NCBI RefSeq assembly: GCF_000179635.2 | Contig: NC_014833.1 | Span: 60,001-92,000 of the forward strand | Direction of reading: 5' to 3' | Source: Ruminococcus albus 7 = DSM 20455 | Lineage (GTDB): Bacteria; Bacillota; Clostridia; Oscillospirales; Ruminococcaceae | DNA length: 32,000 bases | In this document: piece by piece, positions 1-7,822 of the stretch | How positions within the stretch are numbered: position 1 is the first letter of the stretch | How the letters are laid out: the number at the start of each line of letters is the position of its first letter | Notes under the pieces: model-generated | Told to the model about the DNA's origin: nothing | Database searches by the model: none | What the model saw: the letters and a program-made list of their open reading frames with translations, nothing else | Program-made: the position numbers and the translations under genes

Positions 1-1
1 C

Positions 2-334
2 AGACTCGACAGTGTTGTATTCAGAATGGGTCTGTCCATGACAAGACGTGAGGCTAGACAGCTGGTTGTACACGGTCACTTCCTCGTAAATGGCAAGAGA
101 GTTGATATCCCCTCTTACAGGATCAAGGCAGGCGACGTTATCTCCCTGAAGGAGAACAGCAAGAAGAGCCCCAAGTTCAAGCAGATCATCGAGACTACTG
201 CCGGCAGAGTAGTTCCTACTTGGCTCGATATGGACAAGGAGAACCAGACTGCAAAGGTAGTTCGTATGCCTGTTAAGGAAGACCTTGATTACGAGATCGA
301 GGAACACCTGATCGTAGAGCTGTATTCCAAGTAA
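2..334 (+). CDS. rpsD: 30S ribosomal protein S4, C-terminal part (the 5' end lies upstream of the window)
   Basis: The frame is open from the window edge. The translation LVVHGHFLVNGKRVDIPSYRIKAGDVISL...HLIVELYSK matches the S4 RNA-binding domain and the typical S4 C-terminus. It sits directly before rpoA, as in clostridial alpha operons. Confidence 0.9.
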   Translation, partial: RLDSVVFRMGLSMTRREARQLVVHGHFLVNGKRVDIPSYRIKAGDVISLKENSKKSPKFKQIIETTAGRVVPTWLDMDKENQTAKVVRMPVKEDLDYEIEEHLIVELYSK

Positions 335-349
335 TATGTGTAAGGTTCT

Positions 350-382
350 CGGAGCGCTGTACCTTTTTTGGGTACAGCTCCG
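350..382 (+). other. Stem-loop in the rpsD-rpoA spacer, with no U-tract; a possible processing or attenuation structure
   Basis: CGGAG(CG)CTGTACC (350-363) pairs with GGTACAGCTCCG (371-382). This gives 12 bp with a 2-nt bulge and a 7-nt loop, and it is not followed by a T-run. Confidence 0.35.
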
Positions 383-451
383 CAGAAGCTGCATAATATC
401 TGGAACTTTCGGACACATTACAATTCATGTTTGAATACAGGAGGGTTACTA

Positions 452-1411
452 ATGCTTGAAAAGATAGAAAAGCCAAAGATCGAAACGCCTGAGCTCAAAA
501 GCAACGGAACATACGGCAAGTTTATTCTCGAGCCTCTGGAGCGCGGCTATGGTATAACTCTCGGAAACAGTCTGAGACGTGTACTGCTCTCCTCTTTACC
601 CGGTGTAGCTGTTACTTCTGTGAAGATCGACGGTGTACACCACGAACTCTCAACAATCCCCGGTGTTAAGGAAGATGTTACTGAGATCATCCTTAACCTC
701 AAGGGCCTGACTGCAAAGCTTTACGGTGAGGGTCCCAAGACTATCTACATTGAAGCTGAAGGCGAATGCGTAGTTACCGCAGGCGACATCAAGGCTGATT
801 CTGAAGTAGATATCCTTGTTCCCGATATGCACATCGCAACCCTGGGCGCCGGTGCAAAGCTGTATATGGAGATCACTATCGACCGCGGCAGAGGCTATGT
901 TTCTGCTGAAAAGAATAAGTCTCTCATGCAGAACGCACCCATCGGCATTATTGCCGTAGACAGTATTTATTCGCCGGTATTAAAGGTAAACTACACAGTA
1001 GATAATACCCGTGTAGGTCACATTACCGACTTTGACAAGCTCACGCTGGAGGTATGGACTGACGGTACTATATCTGCCAAGGAAGCTGTATCAATGGCAG
1101 CCAAACTCCTCAACGAGCATCTGAATCCATTCGTTGATCTCTCCGAAGAGACTAACGTTGTGGAGCTTATTGTTGAAAAGGATGATCAGGGCAAAGAAAA
1201 GATCCTTGAGATGACCATTGAGGAACTTGACTTATCCGTGCGTTCATTCAATTGTCTGAAGCGCGCAGGCATCAACACAGTTAACGATTTGATCGAAAAG
1301 TCAGCAGAAGAAATGATGAAGGTACGTAACCTCGGTAAGAAGTCATTCGACGAGGTTCGCGAGAAGCTTCATTCTTTGGGCTACGAGCTCAATTCTGAGG
1401 AAGATAATTAA
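452..1411 (+). CDS. rpoA: DNA-directed RNA polymerase subunit alpha
   Basis: [11 protein letters not shown]...[20 protein letters not shown] is a canonical RpoA N-terminus, and the C-terminal domain [19 protein letters not shown] is present. The ATG at 452 is preceded by AGGAGG (439-444). The ORF-track start at 368 is an upstream extension with no RBS. Confidence 0.95.
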   Translation: MLEKIEKPKIETPELKSNGTYGKFILEPLERGYGITLGNSLRRVLLSSLPGVAVTSVKIDGVHHELSTIPGVKEDVTEIILNLKGLTAKLYGEGPKTIYIEAEGECVVTAGDIKADSEVDILVPDMHIATLGAGAKLYMEITIDRGRGYVSAEKNKSLMQNAPIGIIAVDSIYSPVLKVNYTVDNTRVGHITDFDKLTLEVWTDGTISAKEAVSMAAKLLNEHLNPFVDLSEETNVVELIVEKDDQGKEKILEMTIEELDLSVRSFNCLKRAGINTVNDLIEKSAEEMMKVRNLGKKSFDEVREKLHSLGYELNSEEDN

Positions 1412-1429
1412 TGTAAGGAGTGAAAATCT

Positions 1430-1771
1430 ATGCCAGGCACAAGAAAGCTGGGAAGGACCAGTGACCAGAGAAAAGCAATGCTGAGAGCTATGGTTACTTT
1501 CCTTCTGGAAAACGGTAAGATTGAAACAACTGTAACCAGAGCTAAGGAAGTTGCTGCTATGACCGAGAAGATGATCACACTCGGTAAGTCCAGCGAACTC
1601 CATTCCAAGAGACAGGTATTCGCTTATGTAACTAAGGAAGCTGTCGCTAAGAAGCTCTTTGATGAGATAGCACCTAAGTACGCAGACCGTAAGGGTGGTT
1701 ATACCAAGATCATCAAGATCGGACCCCGCCGCGGTGACGCTGCTGAAATGGCTATCATACAGCTGGTTTAA
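1430..1771 (+). CDS. rplQ: 50S ribosomal protein L17
   Basis: [21 protein letters not shown]...[25 protein letters not shown] is a typical L17. An AAGGAG RBS lies upstream, and the gene follows rpoA. Confidence 0.95.
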   Translation: MPGTRKLGRTSDQRKAMLRAMVTFLLENGKIETTVTRAKEVAAMTEKMITLGKSSELHSKRQVFAYVTKEAVAKKLFDEIAPKYADRKGGYTKIIKIGPRRGDAAEMAIIQLV

Positions 1772-1785
1772 TATACTAATTATAA

Positions 1786-1814
1786 GGACCGTACCTTCGG
1801 GTGCGGTCCTTTTT
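1786..1814 (+). terminator. Rho-independent terminator of the alpha operon
   Basis: GGACCGTACC (1786-1795), a TTCG loop, and GGTGCGGTCC (1800-1809) form 10 bp including one G-U pair. TTTTT follows. Confidence 0.8.
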
Positions 1815-1825
1815 GCGTATATACT

Positions 1826-1881
1826 AAAGGCAGGCAGACGCGTAAACTCACGTAATGTGAGATGCGTGTCCGCCTGCCTTT
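1826..1881. terminator. Second long hairpin between the convergent rplQ and spo0A genes; a candidate bidirectional or back-up terminator
   Basis: AAAGGCAGGCAGACGCG (1826-1842) pairs with CGTGTCCGCCTGCCTTT (1865-1881), with one mismatch and one wobble. The T-run is weak on both strands. Confidence 0.45.
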
Positions 1882-1913
1882 ATTGTATATGGGGGTGCTT
1901 GTATGATATAGTA

Positions 1914-2685
1914 TCAGGCAGATACCGCTGCACGGAATTTCAGACATATCTTATCTGTTATCAGTGCTATGAACTCGCTGTTCGTCGGCTTGCCCTTGCC
2001 TGTATTTATAGTGTATCCGAAAAAGCTGTTGAGAGTATCTATATCCCCTCTGTCCCATGCGATCTCTATTGCATGACGTATAGCTCGCTCAACACGGGAG
2101 GGTGTTGTTGAAAACTTTTTTGCCACCGCAGGATACAGCAGCTTTGTAACACTTTCAAGCATCTCCTTGTCGTTTACAGAGCATATTATTGCTTCACGAA
2201 GATAGTGATACCCTTTGATATGCGCCGGTACACCGATCTGGTGAATGATATCCGTTACGATTATCTCCAGGTTTGCTGGATGAAAGTATCCTGTGCTCGG
2301 AGGATATATCCGTGTCGATATCCAGCATGGCTTTGATACGCTCACCAAGTACCTTAACATCAAAGGGCTTCAGCATAAAGTATGATGCCCCTGCATTCAT
2401 TACCTGATTCTCTATGAAGCTGTTCTCATAAGAGCTTGTTACTATATAACGGGGTTTCTTATCAAGCTTCTCAGACCTTCGTATAAGCTCTATGGCATCT
2501 ATCCCGGGCATTACAGCATCTACGATGACTACATCGGGAAGCTCGTTCTTTACCGCGTCAAATATCACCATGCCGTCTTTCTGGCGTGTTATTACAAAAA
2601 ATCCCGAATTTCTCAGGTTTGCGGCACAGAATACTCCGTACTGAGCAGAATCATCACCTATAAGTATCTTGATCTTGTTGTTCAT
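1914..2685 (-). pseudogene. spo0A: Stage 0 sporulation response regulator Spo0A, interrupted by a frameshift in the interdomain linker
   Basis: ORF 2194-2685 encodes an intact-looking receiver domain (KILIGDDS, VVIVDAVMPGIDAIEL, IVTSS, MLKPF). A different frame, running from 2363 or higher down to 1914, encodes the Spo0A-specific DNA-binding domain ([21 protein letters not shown]...[15 protein letters not shown]). The two frames overlap at 2194-2363 and would join at about 2277-2330. Confidence 0.8.
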
Positions 2686-3004
2686 TATGTTTCCTCCGTA
2701 GCTGAAAAATGTTCTTGACTTTTCCCGGGCAGTCAGCTTTTGTTTGCATAATTATCTTAACACAATTAAACTTAAAATGCAATAGCTTTTTATTAAAATC
2801 GCCATAAAAATTTCGATAGAATTAGACAGTATGCACTATAAATCAACATAAAATATTGCTATTCTGAATATTTACCCTCTTTTCCGACGCCATTCTGCAA
2901 ATGCCGTATCTTAACGATATCATTCGCTGTTTCACTATATTATCCAAGCTAAAATTACATCATCAGTCACCTGATGACAAATCCCGACATAGCCCCAACA
3001 GAAT

Positions 3005-3287
3005 ATGACCGGTACGTATATAGAGTATTTATGAACACTACTGGAGGAAACCTTTCTGAAGAAAGGTTATCCTCCAGACCTCCTTCCAAAGACTTCTATT
3101 TCTATTTGGCAGGGGCAGCTATACTTTTATAGTACAGCAAAAGGCAGACATTCTCTGTTCTTTGAGAGAATATCTGCCCCTGCCAAATAGAGTTAAAAGT
3201 TTTGGGAAGGGAGTTTGAGGGATAACCCTTTTTCAAAAGGGTTTCCCTCAATAATGATCACAAACGTTCTATATACGTACCGGCCAT
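3005..3287. repeat. Nested-palindrome MITE-like intergenic element, copy A
   Basis: The termini 3005-3025 and the reverse complement of 3267-3287 match 19/21. Internal arms mirror each other: hairpins at about 3042-3075 and 3218-3249, and CCAAAGACTTCTATTTCTATTTGGCAGGGGCAG against CTGCCCCTGCCAAATAGAGTTAAAAGTTTTGGG. A diverged second copy lies at 22453-22721. Confidence 0.7.
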
Positions 3288-3379
3288 AGGCGTGTTTGGG
3301 CTTTTGGGTGGGTTTACTTTTGGTTTGAGATATGGTATAATATAAGGGACATAATATTTAGTGAAAGGCATGGAAAGAA

Positions 3380-3871
3380 ATGGAAAGTACAGAAAAAAAG
3401 GATATATTTGACCGAATAATGGGCTGGGGTTTTCTGAAGACCTTTGAACCTTTTTATAAAAAGAACAAGGAGGTACTTTTGTACCTGTTTTTCGGTGTGA
3501 TGACAACAGTAGTCAGCTTTATCACGGCGGGTATAGCGAAGCTTCTGCTTGAAAAACTCGGGGCAGGACAAAGCACTGTGATAAACGTAAGCACGGTGTT
3601 TTCTTGGATATGTTCAGTGACCTTTGCGTACATCACAAACAGGATATGGGTGTTTGAATCTACCGCACACGGGACTTCGGCTATACTGAAGGAGGGCGCA
3701 TCATTCTACGGCGGAAGATTGTTCACTATGTTCGTTGAGATGCTTATAATGAACATCGGCGTAAAGCGGTTAGGTGCAAACTACTGGATCACGAAAATAA
3801 TTGCAAATGTTATAATCATAATCCTCAACTATGTGATCAGTAAATTGTTTGTATTCAAAAAACAGGAATAG
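3380..3871 (+). CDS. GtrA-like membrane protein (polyprenol-linked sugar translocation family)
   Basis: The product is 163 aa with four predicted TM segments and a GtrA-like pattern (LLYLFFGVMTTVVSFITAGI...FAYITNRIWVF...IILNYVISKLFVF). The RBS is weak, so the start is not certain. Confidence 0.7.
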   Translation: MESTEKKDIFDRIMGWGFLKTFEPFYKKNKEVLLYLFFGVMTTVVSFITAGIAKLLLEKLGAGQSTVINVSTVFSWICSVTFAYITNRIWVFESTAHGTSAILKEGASFYGGRLFTMFVEMLIMNIGVKRLGANYWITKIIANVIIIILNYVISKLFVFKKQE

Positions 3872-3920
3872 CCAATTACCGCTATAATCGGGATAAACAT
3901 ATTTATATACGATATCAGAA

Positions 3921-3950
3921 AAGACCATGAGCAAATAAGCCCATGGTCTT
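3921..3950. terminator. Shared hairpin terminator between the convergent gtrA-like and acetyltransferase genes
   Basis: AAGACCATG (3921-3929) pairs with CATGGTCTT (3942-3950). On the minus-strand RNA the stem is followed by TTTTCT. The plus-strand tail is weaker. Confidence 0.6.
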
Positions 3951-3956
3951 GTGGTT

Positions 3957-4583
3957 TTATATACCGTAATTATCTCTTATCTCACGGGGGATCTTTCTGT
4001 CCCTGAAATAATACTCCCTGTCATGTTCGCCTATCTCCCTCTGCACTCTGCAGGGTGTACCCAGTGCAAGTACATTCGGGGGAATATCCTTTGTAACGAC
4101 ACTGCCTGCACCTATAACGGTGTTATCGCCTATGGTGACGCCCGGCAATATAAGCACTCCGGCGCCTATCCAGCAGTTTCTGCCGATGTGTACAGGCATA
4201 TTGTACTGATACTGCTTTATACGAAGTTCGGGTACTATGGGGTGACCTGCTGTAGCTACGGTGACGTGGGGTCCGAACATGGTATGGTCACCAACATAGA
4301 TATGTGTATCATCAACCAGGGTCAGTCCGAAATTAGCGTAGATATAGCTACCGAAGTGACAGTGCGCTCCGCCGAAATTTGAGTGGAATGGCGGTTCGAT
4401 ATAGCAGCCCTCCCCTATCTCAGCGAACATCTCTTTCAGCAGTGCGGTGCGTTTTTCACTTTCAGTGGGTCTTGTGTTATTGAAATCGTAAAGGCGGTCA
4501 AGACATTTTGTCTGCCAACCGATTATCTCCTTGTCATCGGGAAGATAAAGCTCGCCCGTATGCATCTTGTCAATTTCACCCAT
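3957..4583 (-). CDS. maa: Maltose/galactoside O-acetyltransferase family (left-handed beta-helix)
   Basis: It has a Mac-type N-terminal region (MHTGELYLPDD...RTALLKEMF) followed by hexapeptide repeats (IGRNCWIGAGVLILPGVTIGDNTVIGAGSVV). I place the start at the ATG at 4583 because AAGGAGG lies 7 nt upstream. The track start at 4625 lacks an RBS. Confidence 0.85.
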   Translation of the reverse strand: MGEIDKMHTGELYLPDDKEIIGWQTKCLDRLYDFNNTRPTESEKRTALLKEMFAEIGEGCYIEPPFHSNFGGAHCHFGSYIYANFGLTLVDDTHIYVGDHTMFGPHVTVATAGHPIVPELRIKQYQYNMPVHIGRNCWIGAGVLILPGVTIGDNTVIGAGSVVTKDIPPNVLALGTPCRVQREIGEHDREYYFRDRKIPREIRDNYGI

Positions 4584-4629
4584 AGCCGTTACCTCCTTAT
4601 ACTGATATACTATATTATAACTCATCTGA

Positions 4630-4673
4630 GCTTATTTTTCAACATACTATTATTCAGCTGTTGAAAAATAAGC
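4630..4673. repeat. Perfect 15-bp inverted repeat in the maa / lipoprotein-operon divergent region
   Basis: GCTTATTTTTCAACA (4630-4644) and TGTTGAAAAATAAGC (4659-4673) are exact reverse complements, separated by a 14-nt spacer. Confidence 0.7.
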
Positions 4674-4735
4674 CCTACAGCCAGAAAAATATGTGAGAAA
4701 AAAGTGTCAGAAAGGCGAGTTTATCGTAAAAAGCC

Positions 4736-4764
4736 TTGATTTTAGTACAGTGATATGCTATAAT
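4736..4764 (+). promoter_or_regulatory. Sigma-A type promoter of the lipoprotein-lipoprotein-comEB operon
   Basis: TTGATT (4736-4741), a 17-nt spacer, and TATAAT (4759-4764). A second TATAAT lies at 4786-4791 inside the duplicated block. Confidence 0.6.
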
Positions 4765-4805
4765 ATGTTATCAGATAAGAAATGCTATAATATGTTATCA
4801 GATAA
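4755..4805 (+). repeat. Tandem duplication of a 24-bp block carrying a -10 box and an 11-bp palindrome
   Basis: ATGCTATAATATGTTATCAGATAA occurs identically at 4755-4778 and 4782-4805. Each copy contains TATAAT and the perfect palindrome TTATCAGATAA (4768-4778 and 4795-4805). Confidence 0.85.
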
Positions 4806-4831
4806 ATAGTATGAGCAAAGGAGAACATCAG

Positions 4832-5986
4832 ATGTCAAAACGGTTTATAGCGGCTCTGCTTGCGCTGTCGATGTGCGCAGGATTTGCAGGCTGTGGAAGT
4901 GTCAGCAAAGGCAGCAAAGAAGCTGTCAATGGCAAAACTTCAAATACCGCAAGTAATAACGATACGACTAATGAGGGAAAAATAACAATACTCAACAATT
5001 TGAAATCTGAAAACATTCTTTATCATGATATTTCAGTCCAAGATTCCGACAAGCCCACAATAGAAGAGGCACTCATGTTTGCCGAGCTTGCTTTGGAACA
5101 ATATAATGCAGCACAGTCGGGCGATGCTGAAAAATATAAGCAGACATTAAATTTTGAAAAAGTCCTTGACTCGATGGCGGATTCTTTATGTATAAGTATT
5201 TTCGTAGATAACAGCAATAAAGATATCAAGAGTGGTATCGCGTCCTTATGGGGGCTTATGCTGATGGCATCAGCTGATGAAGATAAGATAATGGATATCG
5301 AAAAAGCCAGAAGATCTTCTGCTAAGGATTTTGATAAGTTGATAAAGCAGCTCAACGAGGACTTTGATCCCAATGCACTTGAAATGTCACTCTGGACAAA
5401 AAGAGATTCTCTGTACCCTCTGGGTAATATCGATGATAAGACCATTGTTCGGATCTTTCTGTATGAATTTCAACGCGATGAAAATGCTCTGGAAGTCTAT
5501 TTCAATATGGACGTGATCAATGATGAGTACATAACTTCACTGAAAAATATCGATGCGTGGTGTATAGACGGTGATATAGGTTTATTAATCAATGATGCAG
5601 AGCGTAAGATCAATAAATTTGCAGGCATGACAGCCGAAGAGATAGATCAGCGCCTAATGTATGAAGAAAATACATTAACAGCCCAAATGATATACGATTT
5701 TGTAGATGATTATTTCGCTCAAAAATCATCGGTGGGCGAAGATCTAAAGGAAGTCCTTGAAACAGACTTCCCTATGTGTTCTTCATCGGCAGGACTTGAT
5801 CTCAGAGAAAATGAACCCGAAGCTGATGGCGATAATTATATATACAGTTTTTTGACCGTAACAGCTGAATACAACGGCACAGTATCTTTCGGTCCTTTAG
5901 ACGAAGAAAAGGGTATGCCCGAATACGTGATATACACCGCAAAAGACGGGACAGCAACTAAATATCCCGATAACAGCGATGATTAA
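4832..5986 (+). CDS. Acidic lipoprotein of unknown function (paralogue 1)
   Basis: MSKRFIAALLALSMCAGFAGCGS is a signal peptide with a lipobox (FAGC). The start is placed at the ATG at 4832, with AAAGGAGAA 7 nt upstream. It shares blocks with the next gene ([45 protein letters not shown]). Confidence 0.8.
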   Translation: MSKRFIAALLALSMCAGFAGCGSVSKGSKEAVNGKTSNTASNNDTTNEGKITILNNLKSENILYHDISVQDSDKPTIEEALMFAELALEQYNAAQSGDAEKYKQTLNFEKVLDSMADSLCISIFVDNSNKDIKSGIASLWGLMLMASADEDKIMDIEKARRSSAKDFDKLIKQLNEDFDPNALEMSLWTKRDSLYPLGNIDDKTIVRIFLYEFQRDENALEVYFNMDVINDEYITSLKNIDAWCIDGDIGLLINDAERKINKFAGMTAEEIDQRLMYEENTLTAQMIYDFVDDYFAQKSSVGEDLKEVLETDFPMCSSSAGLDLRENEPEADGDNYIYSFLTVTAEYNGTVSFGPLDEEKGMPEYVIYTAKDGTATKYPDNSDD

Positions 5987-6010
5987 ATATTTGTTCAGGA
6001 GGAATAAATT

Positions 6011-7021
6011 ATGAGTAAGAAGATAATAGCCGCTATGATGGCGATAGTTATGTGTGCAGGTATTGCATCCTGCAGTAAGTCATCAGGCGGAGATGACAGC
6101 AAGTCAGCATCATCTGCGGCTGAAAAGTCGGAGGAGAAAAAGACAGATGTCACCACAGACGATGATACCACCGCTGAAAACGATACTGCGGACAGCACCG
6201 ATGATTCATCAAAGGATGAAGTGCTTGTTTCCGATGAAAACACACTCAAGACTAATCACCTTACAATGAAGCTTATTGAACCGAATATCATATATATAGA
6301 TGAGAACAATCTTGAATCCGAGCCTACAGAAGATGAGGTAAAGGCTGCCATCGATGCTATATTTGCACAGTATAAGGCTGCTGAGGACAAGGATGAGCAG
6401 GCTTTCATTGATTCTTTCAATTTCGGTATCCTCGTTGACCCCATAGCTACACTTAGCGAAGCTATGTTTGAGTACGACAATGAGAAGTCCGATGAAGAAT
6501 TTAGGCAGTATCTTACAAGTACAAATCAGGGTACCAAATACGAAGTTATCGACGATGTTATAGGTCTGCTGGAAAAGATCGGTGATCCTGATATAAACAG
6601 TCAGCTTGCTGACGCTATGGATAAAAAGGACGGAACCAATCTGAAGGAACTCCTCAAAAAGCTGACAGACGGCGTAAAGCCCGGTGCAGAGGCTGTCAAG
6701 GAGAATCTTGATAATGAAACTATCTTCAACAGCAAGGAAGATATAAAGAAGATGGAAAACCTGGGTGATGATGCTACCTATGGTTTCTATCTGGAATACT
6801 GCGACAGGTACAACGATGAGCTGTATATGCGCATGACATTCTCGGTGCTGGCAGGAGATAAGGAGTACGACCTGGGCGGCGCAGAAACATGGTTCGTTGG
6901 TGATCAGCACGGTGTATTACTTACAAACGAGGCTTATGAGTATGAAATAGACGAAGAAATGATGAATATGAGCACAAAGCAGATATTTGAAGCTATGAAG
7001 ACTCAGATGTCAGGAGAGTAA
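6011..7021 (+). CDS. Acidic lipoprotein of unknown function (paralogue 2)
   Basis: [24 protein letters not shown] is a lipoprotein signal. It is followed by an Asp/Ser/Thr-rich linker and a domain alignable to the preceding gene. A CAGGAGG RBS is present. Confidence 0.8.
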   Translation: MSKKIIAAMMAIVMCAGIASCSKSSGGDDSKSASSAAEKSEEKKTDVTTDDDTTAENDTADSTDDSSKDEVLVSDENTLKTNHLTMKLIEPNIIYIDENNLESEPTEDEVKAAIDAIFAQYKAAEDKDEQAFIDSFNFGILVDPIATLSEAMFEYDNEKSDEEFRQYLTSTNQGTKYEVIDDVIGLLEKIGDPDINSQLADAMDKKDGTNLKELLKKLTDGVKPGAEAVKENLDNETIFNSKEDIKKMENLGDDATYGFYLEYCDRYNDELYMRMTFSVLAGDKEYDLGGAETWFVGDQHGVLLTNEAYEYEIDEEMMNMSTKQIFEAMKTQMSGE

Positions 7022-7040
7022 TTATAAACAGGAGAAGAAT

Positions 7041-7520
7041 ATGAAAAGACAGGATTATCTCAGCTGGGACGAATACTTTATGGGTATAGCACATCTTTCC
7101 GCAAAAAGAAGCAAGGACCCGAGTACACAGGTAGGTGCCTGTATAGTATCAGAAGAAAACAAGATACTGTCTGTGGGATACAACGGTATGCCCACGGGCT
7201 GCAACGATGATGATATGCCTTGGGAGCGTGACGGAGATTTCCTTGAAACGAAGTACCCGTTTGTCTGCCATGCGGAGCTGAATGCGATACTCAACCGTTC
7301 TACAGGCAGTCTGAAAAATGCAAGGATATATGTATCTCTGTTCCCGTGTAACGAATGTGCAAAAGCGATAATCCAGAGCGGCATAAAGGAAGTAATTTAC
7401 GGTGATGACAAATATGCCGATACAGACGGTGTAAGGGCATCGAAGAAGATGTTCAATATGGCTGGCGTAAAGCTGCGCAGATACGAGGATACAGGCAGGC
7501 TCGTGAGGATAGAACTGTAA
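7041..7520 (+). CDS. comEB: dCMP deaminase (ComEB / deoxycytidylate deaminase family)
   Basis: The zinc-binding motifs HAELNAI and PCNECAKAI are present. The length (159 aa) and overall pattern match dCMP deaminases. It starts 19 nt after the lipoprotein gene. Confidence 0.85.
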   Translation: MKRQDYLSWDEYFMGIAHLSAKRSKDPSTQVGACIVSEENKILSVGYNGMPTGCNDDDMPWERDGDFLETKYPFVCHAELNAILNRSTGSLKNARIYVSLFPCNECAKAIIQSGIKEVIYGDDKYADTDGVRASKKMFNMAGVKLRRYEDTGRLVRIEL

Positions 7521-7531
7521 TAATTGTATAT

Positions 7532-7586
7532 AAAACGGATGGTCATATGCTTCCGATGAAGTGCGGACGGTATGACCTCCGTTTTT
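7532..7586 (+). terminator. Rho-independent terminator after comEB
   Basis: AAAACGGATGGTCATA (7532-7547) pairs with TATGACCTCCGTTTT (7571-7585), giving 15 bp with one bulge. The stem runs into GTTTTTG. Confidence 0.7.
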
Positions 7587-7629
7587 GCGTTAGTTTACAA
7601 AAAGTTTACATTAATATCGGCAGTATCCC

Positions 7630-7658
7630 TTGACATACAGGGAGAAACTTGTTATAAT
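7630..7658 (+). promoter_or_regulatory. Consensus sigma-A promoter of rplJ-rplL
   Basis: TTGACA (7630-7635), a 17-nt spacer, and TATAAT (7653-7658). Upstream, AGTTTACA is repeated at 7592-7599 and 7603-7610 with 11-bp phasing. Confidence 0.75.
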
Positions 7659-7659
7659 A

Positions 7660-7822
7660 TATAAGCATTCGTATTCTAAAGACAGTCGGCAGTAAGTAAG
7701 CCCGACCGAGGAAAAGAAAGCATCGTCAATAATGACTATGTATCTCTTTTGTCTTTGGATAAAAGGGATTTTTCTTTTAGATTACGCTTTGCGAGAAAAC
7801 TGCAAAGAGGTGAATTTAAGAA
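7660..7822 (+). promoter_or_regulatory. Candidate L10 (rplJ) ribosomal-protein leader, an autoregulatory 5' UTR
   Basis: A roughly 160-nt structured UTR lies between a consensus promoter and rplJ. Visible pairings are AAAGACA (7678-7684)/TGTCTTT (7752-7758), GTCGG/CCGAC, and CTTTGC (7787-7792)/GCAAAG (7802-7807); the last abuts the AAGAGG Shine-Dalgarno. The assignment rests on position and structure only, with no covariance-model search. Confidence 0.45.

Noticed and set aside
368-451. N-terminal extensions offered by the ORF track for rpoA. The same applies to tpiA (28260-28337), the xylanase (12030-12056), the RHH gene (17204-17236), maa (4584-4625), mnmE (29802-29825), lipoprotein 1 (4811-4831) and the AT-rich lipoprotein (24159-24266).
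   Set aside because: In each case a downstream ATG has a proper Shine-Dalgarno and matches the expected protein N-terminus. Several extensions overlap promoter elements.
2277-2330. Programmed ribosomal frameshifting in spo0A.
   Set aside because: I see no slippery heptamer, no stimulatory Shine-Dalgarno-like element and no downstream structure. An indel (real or artefactual) is the simpler explanation.
2806-2822. A Spo0A-box-like TTCGATA in the spo0A upstream region, and the CIRCE half-site TTAGCACTT at 12193-12201.
   Set aside because: Each is a single imperfect half-site. They are expected by chance in AT-rich DNA, and no second half-site is present at the right spacing.
3258-3636. Three minus-strand ORFs (82, 85 and 60 aa) overlapping the palindromic element and the 5' end of the gtrA-like gene.
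   Set aside because: They have no RBS, overlap one another, and run through repeat DNA and antisense to a membrane-protein gene.
6209-6910. A 233-aa minus-strand ORF inside the second lipoprotein gene, plus other antisense ORFs at 5023-5445 and 5995-6480.
   Set aside because: The sense-strand genes have signal peptides, RBSs and paralogy to each other. The antisense translations are hydrophobic and low-complexity, as expected from reading Asp/Glu-rich codons backwards.
7041-7520. The dCMP deaminase as a nucleotide-depletion anti-phage defence gene.
   Set aside because: Its size, motifs and overall sequence look like the housekeeping ComEB/dCMP deaminase. There are no extra domains and no mobile-element context.
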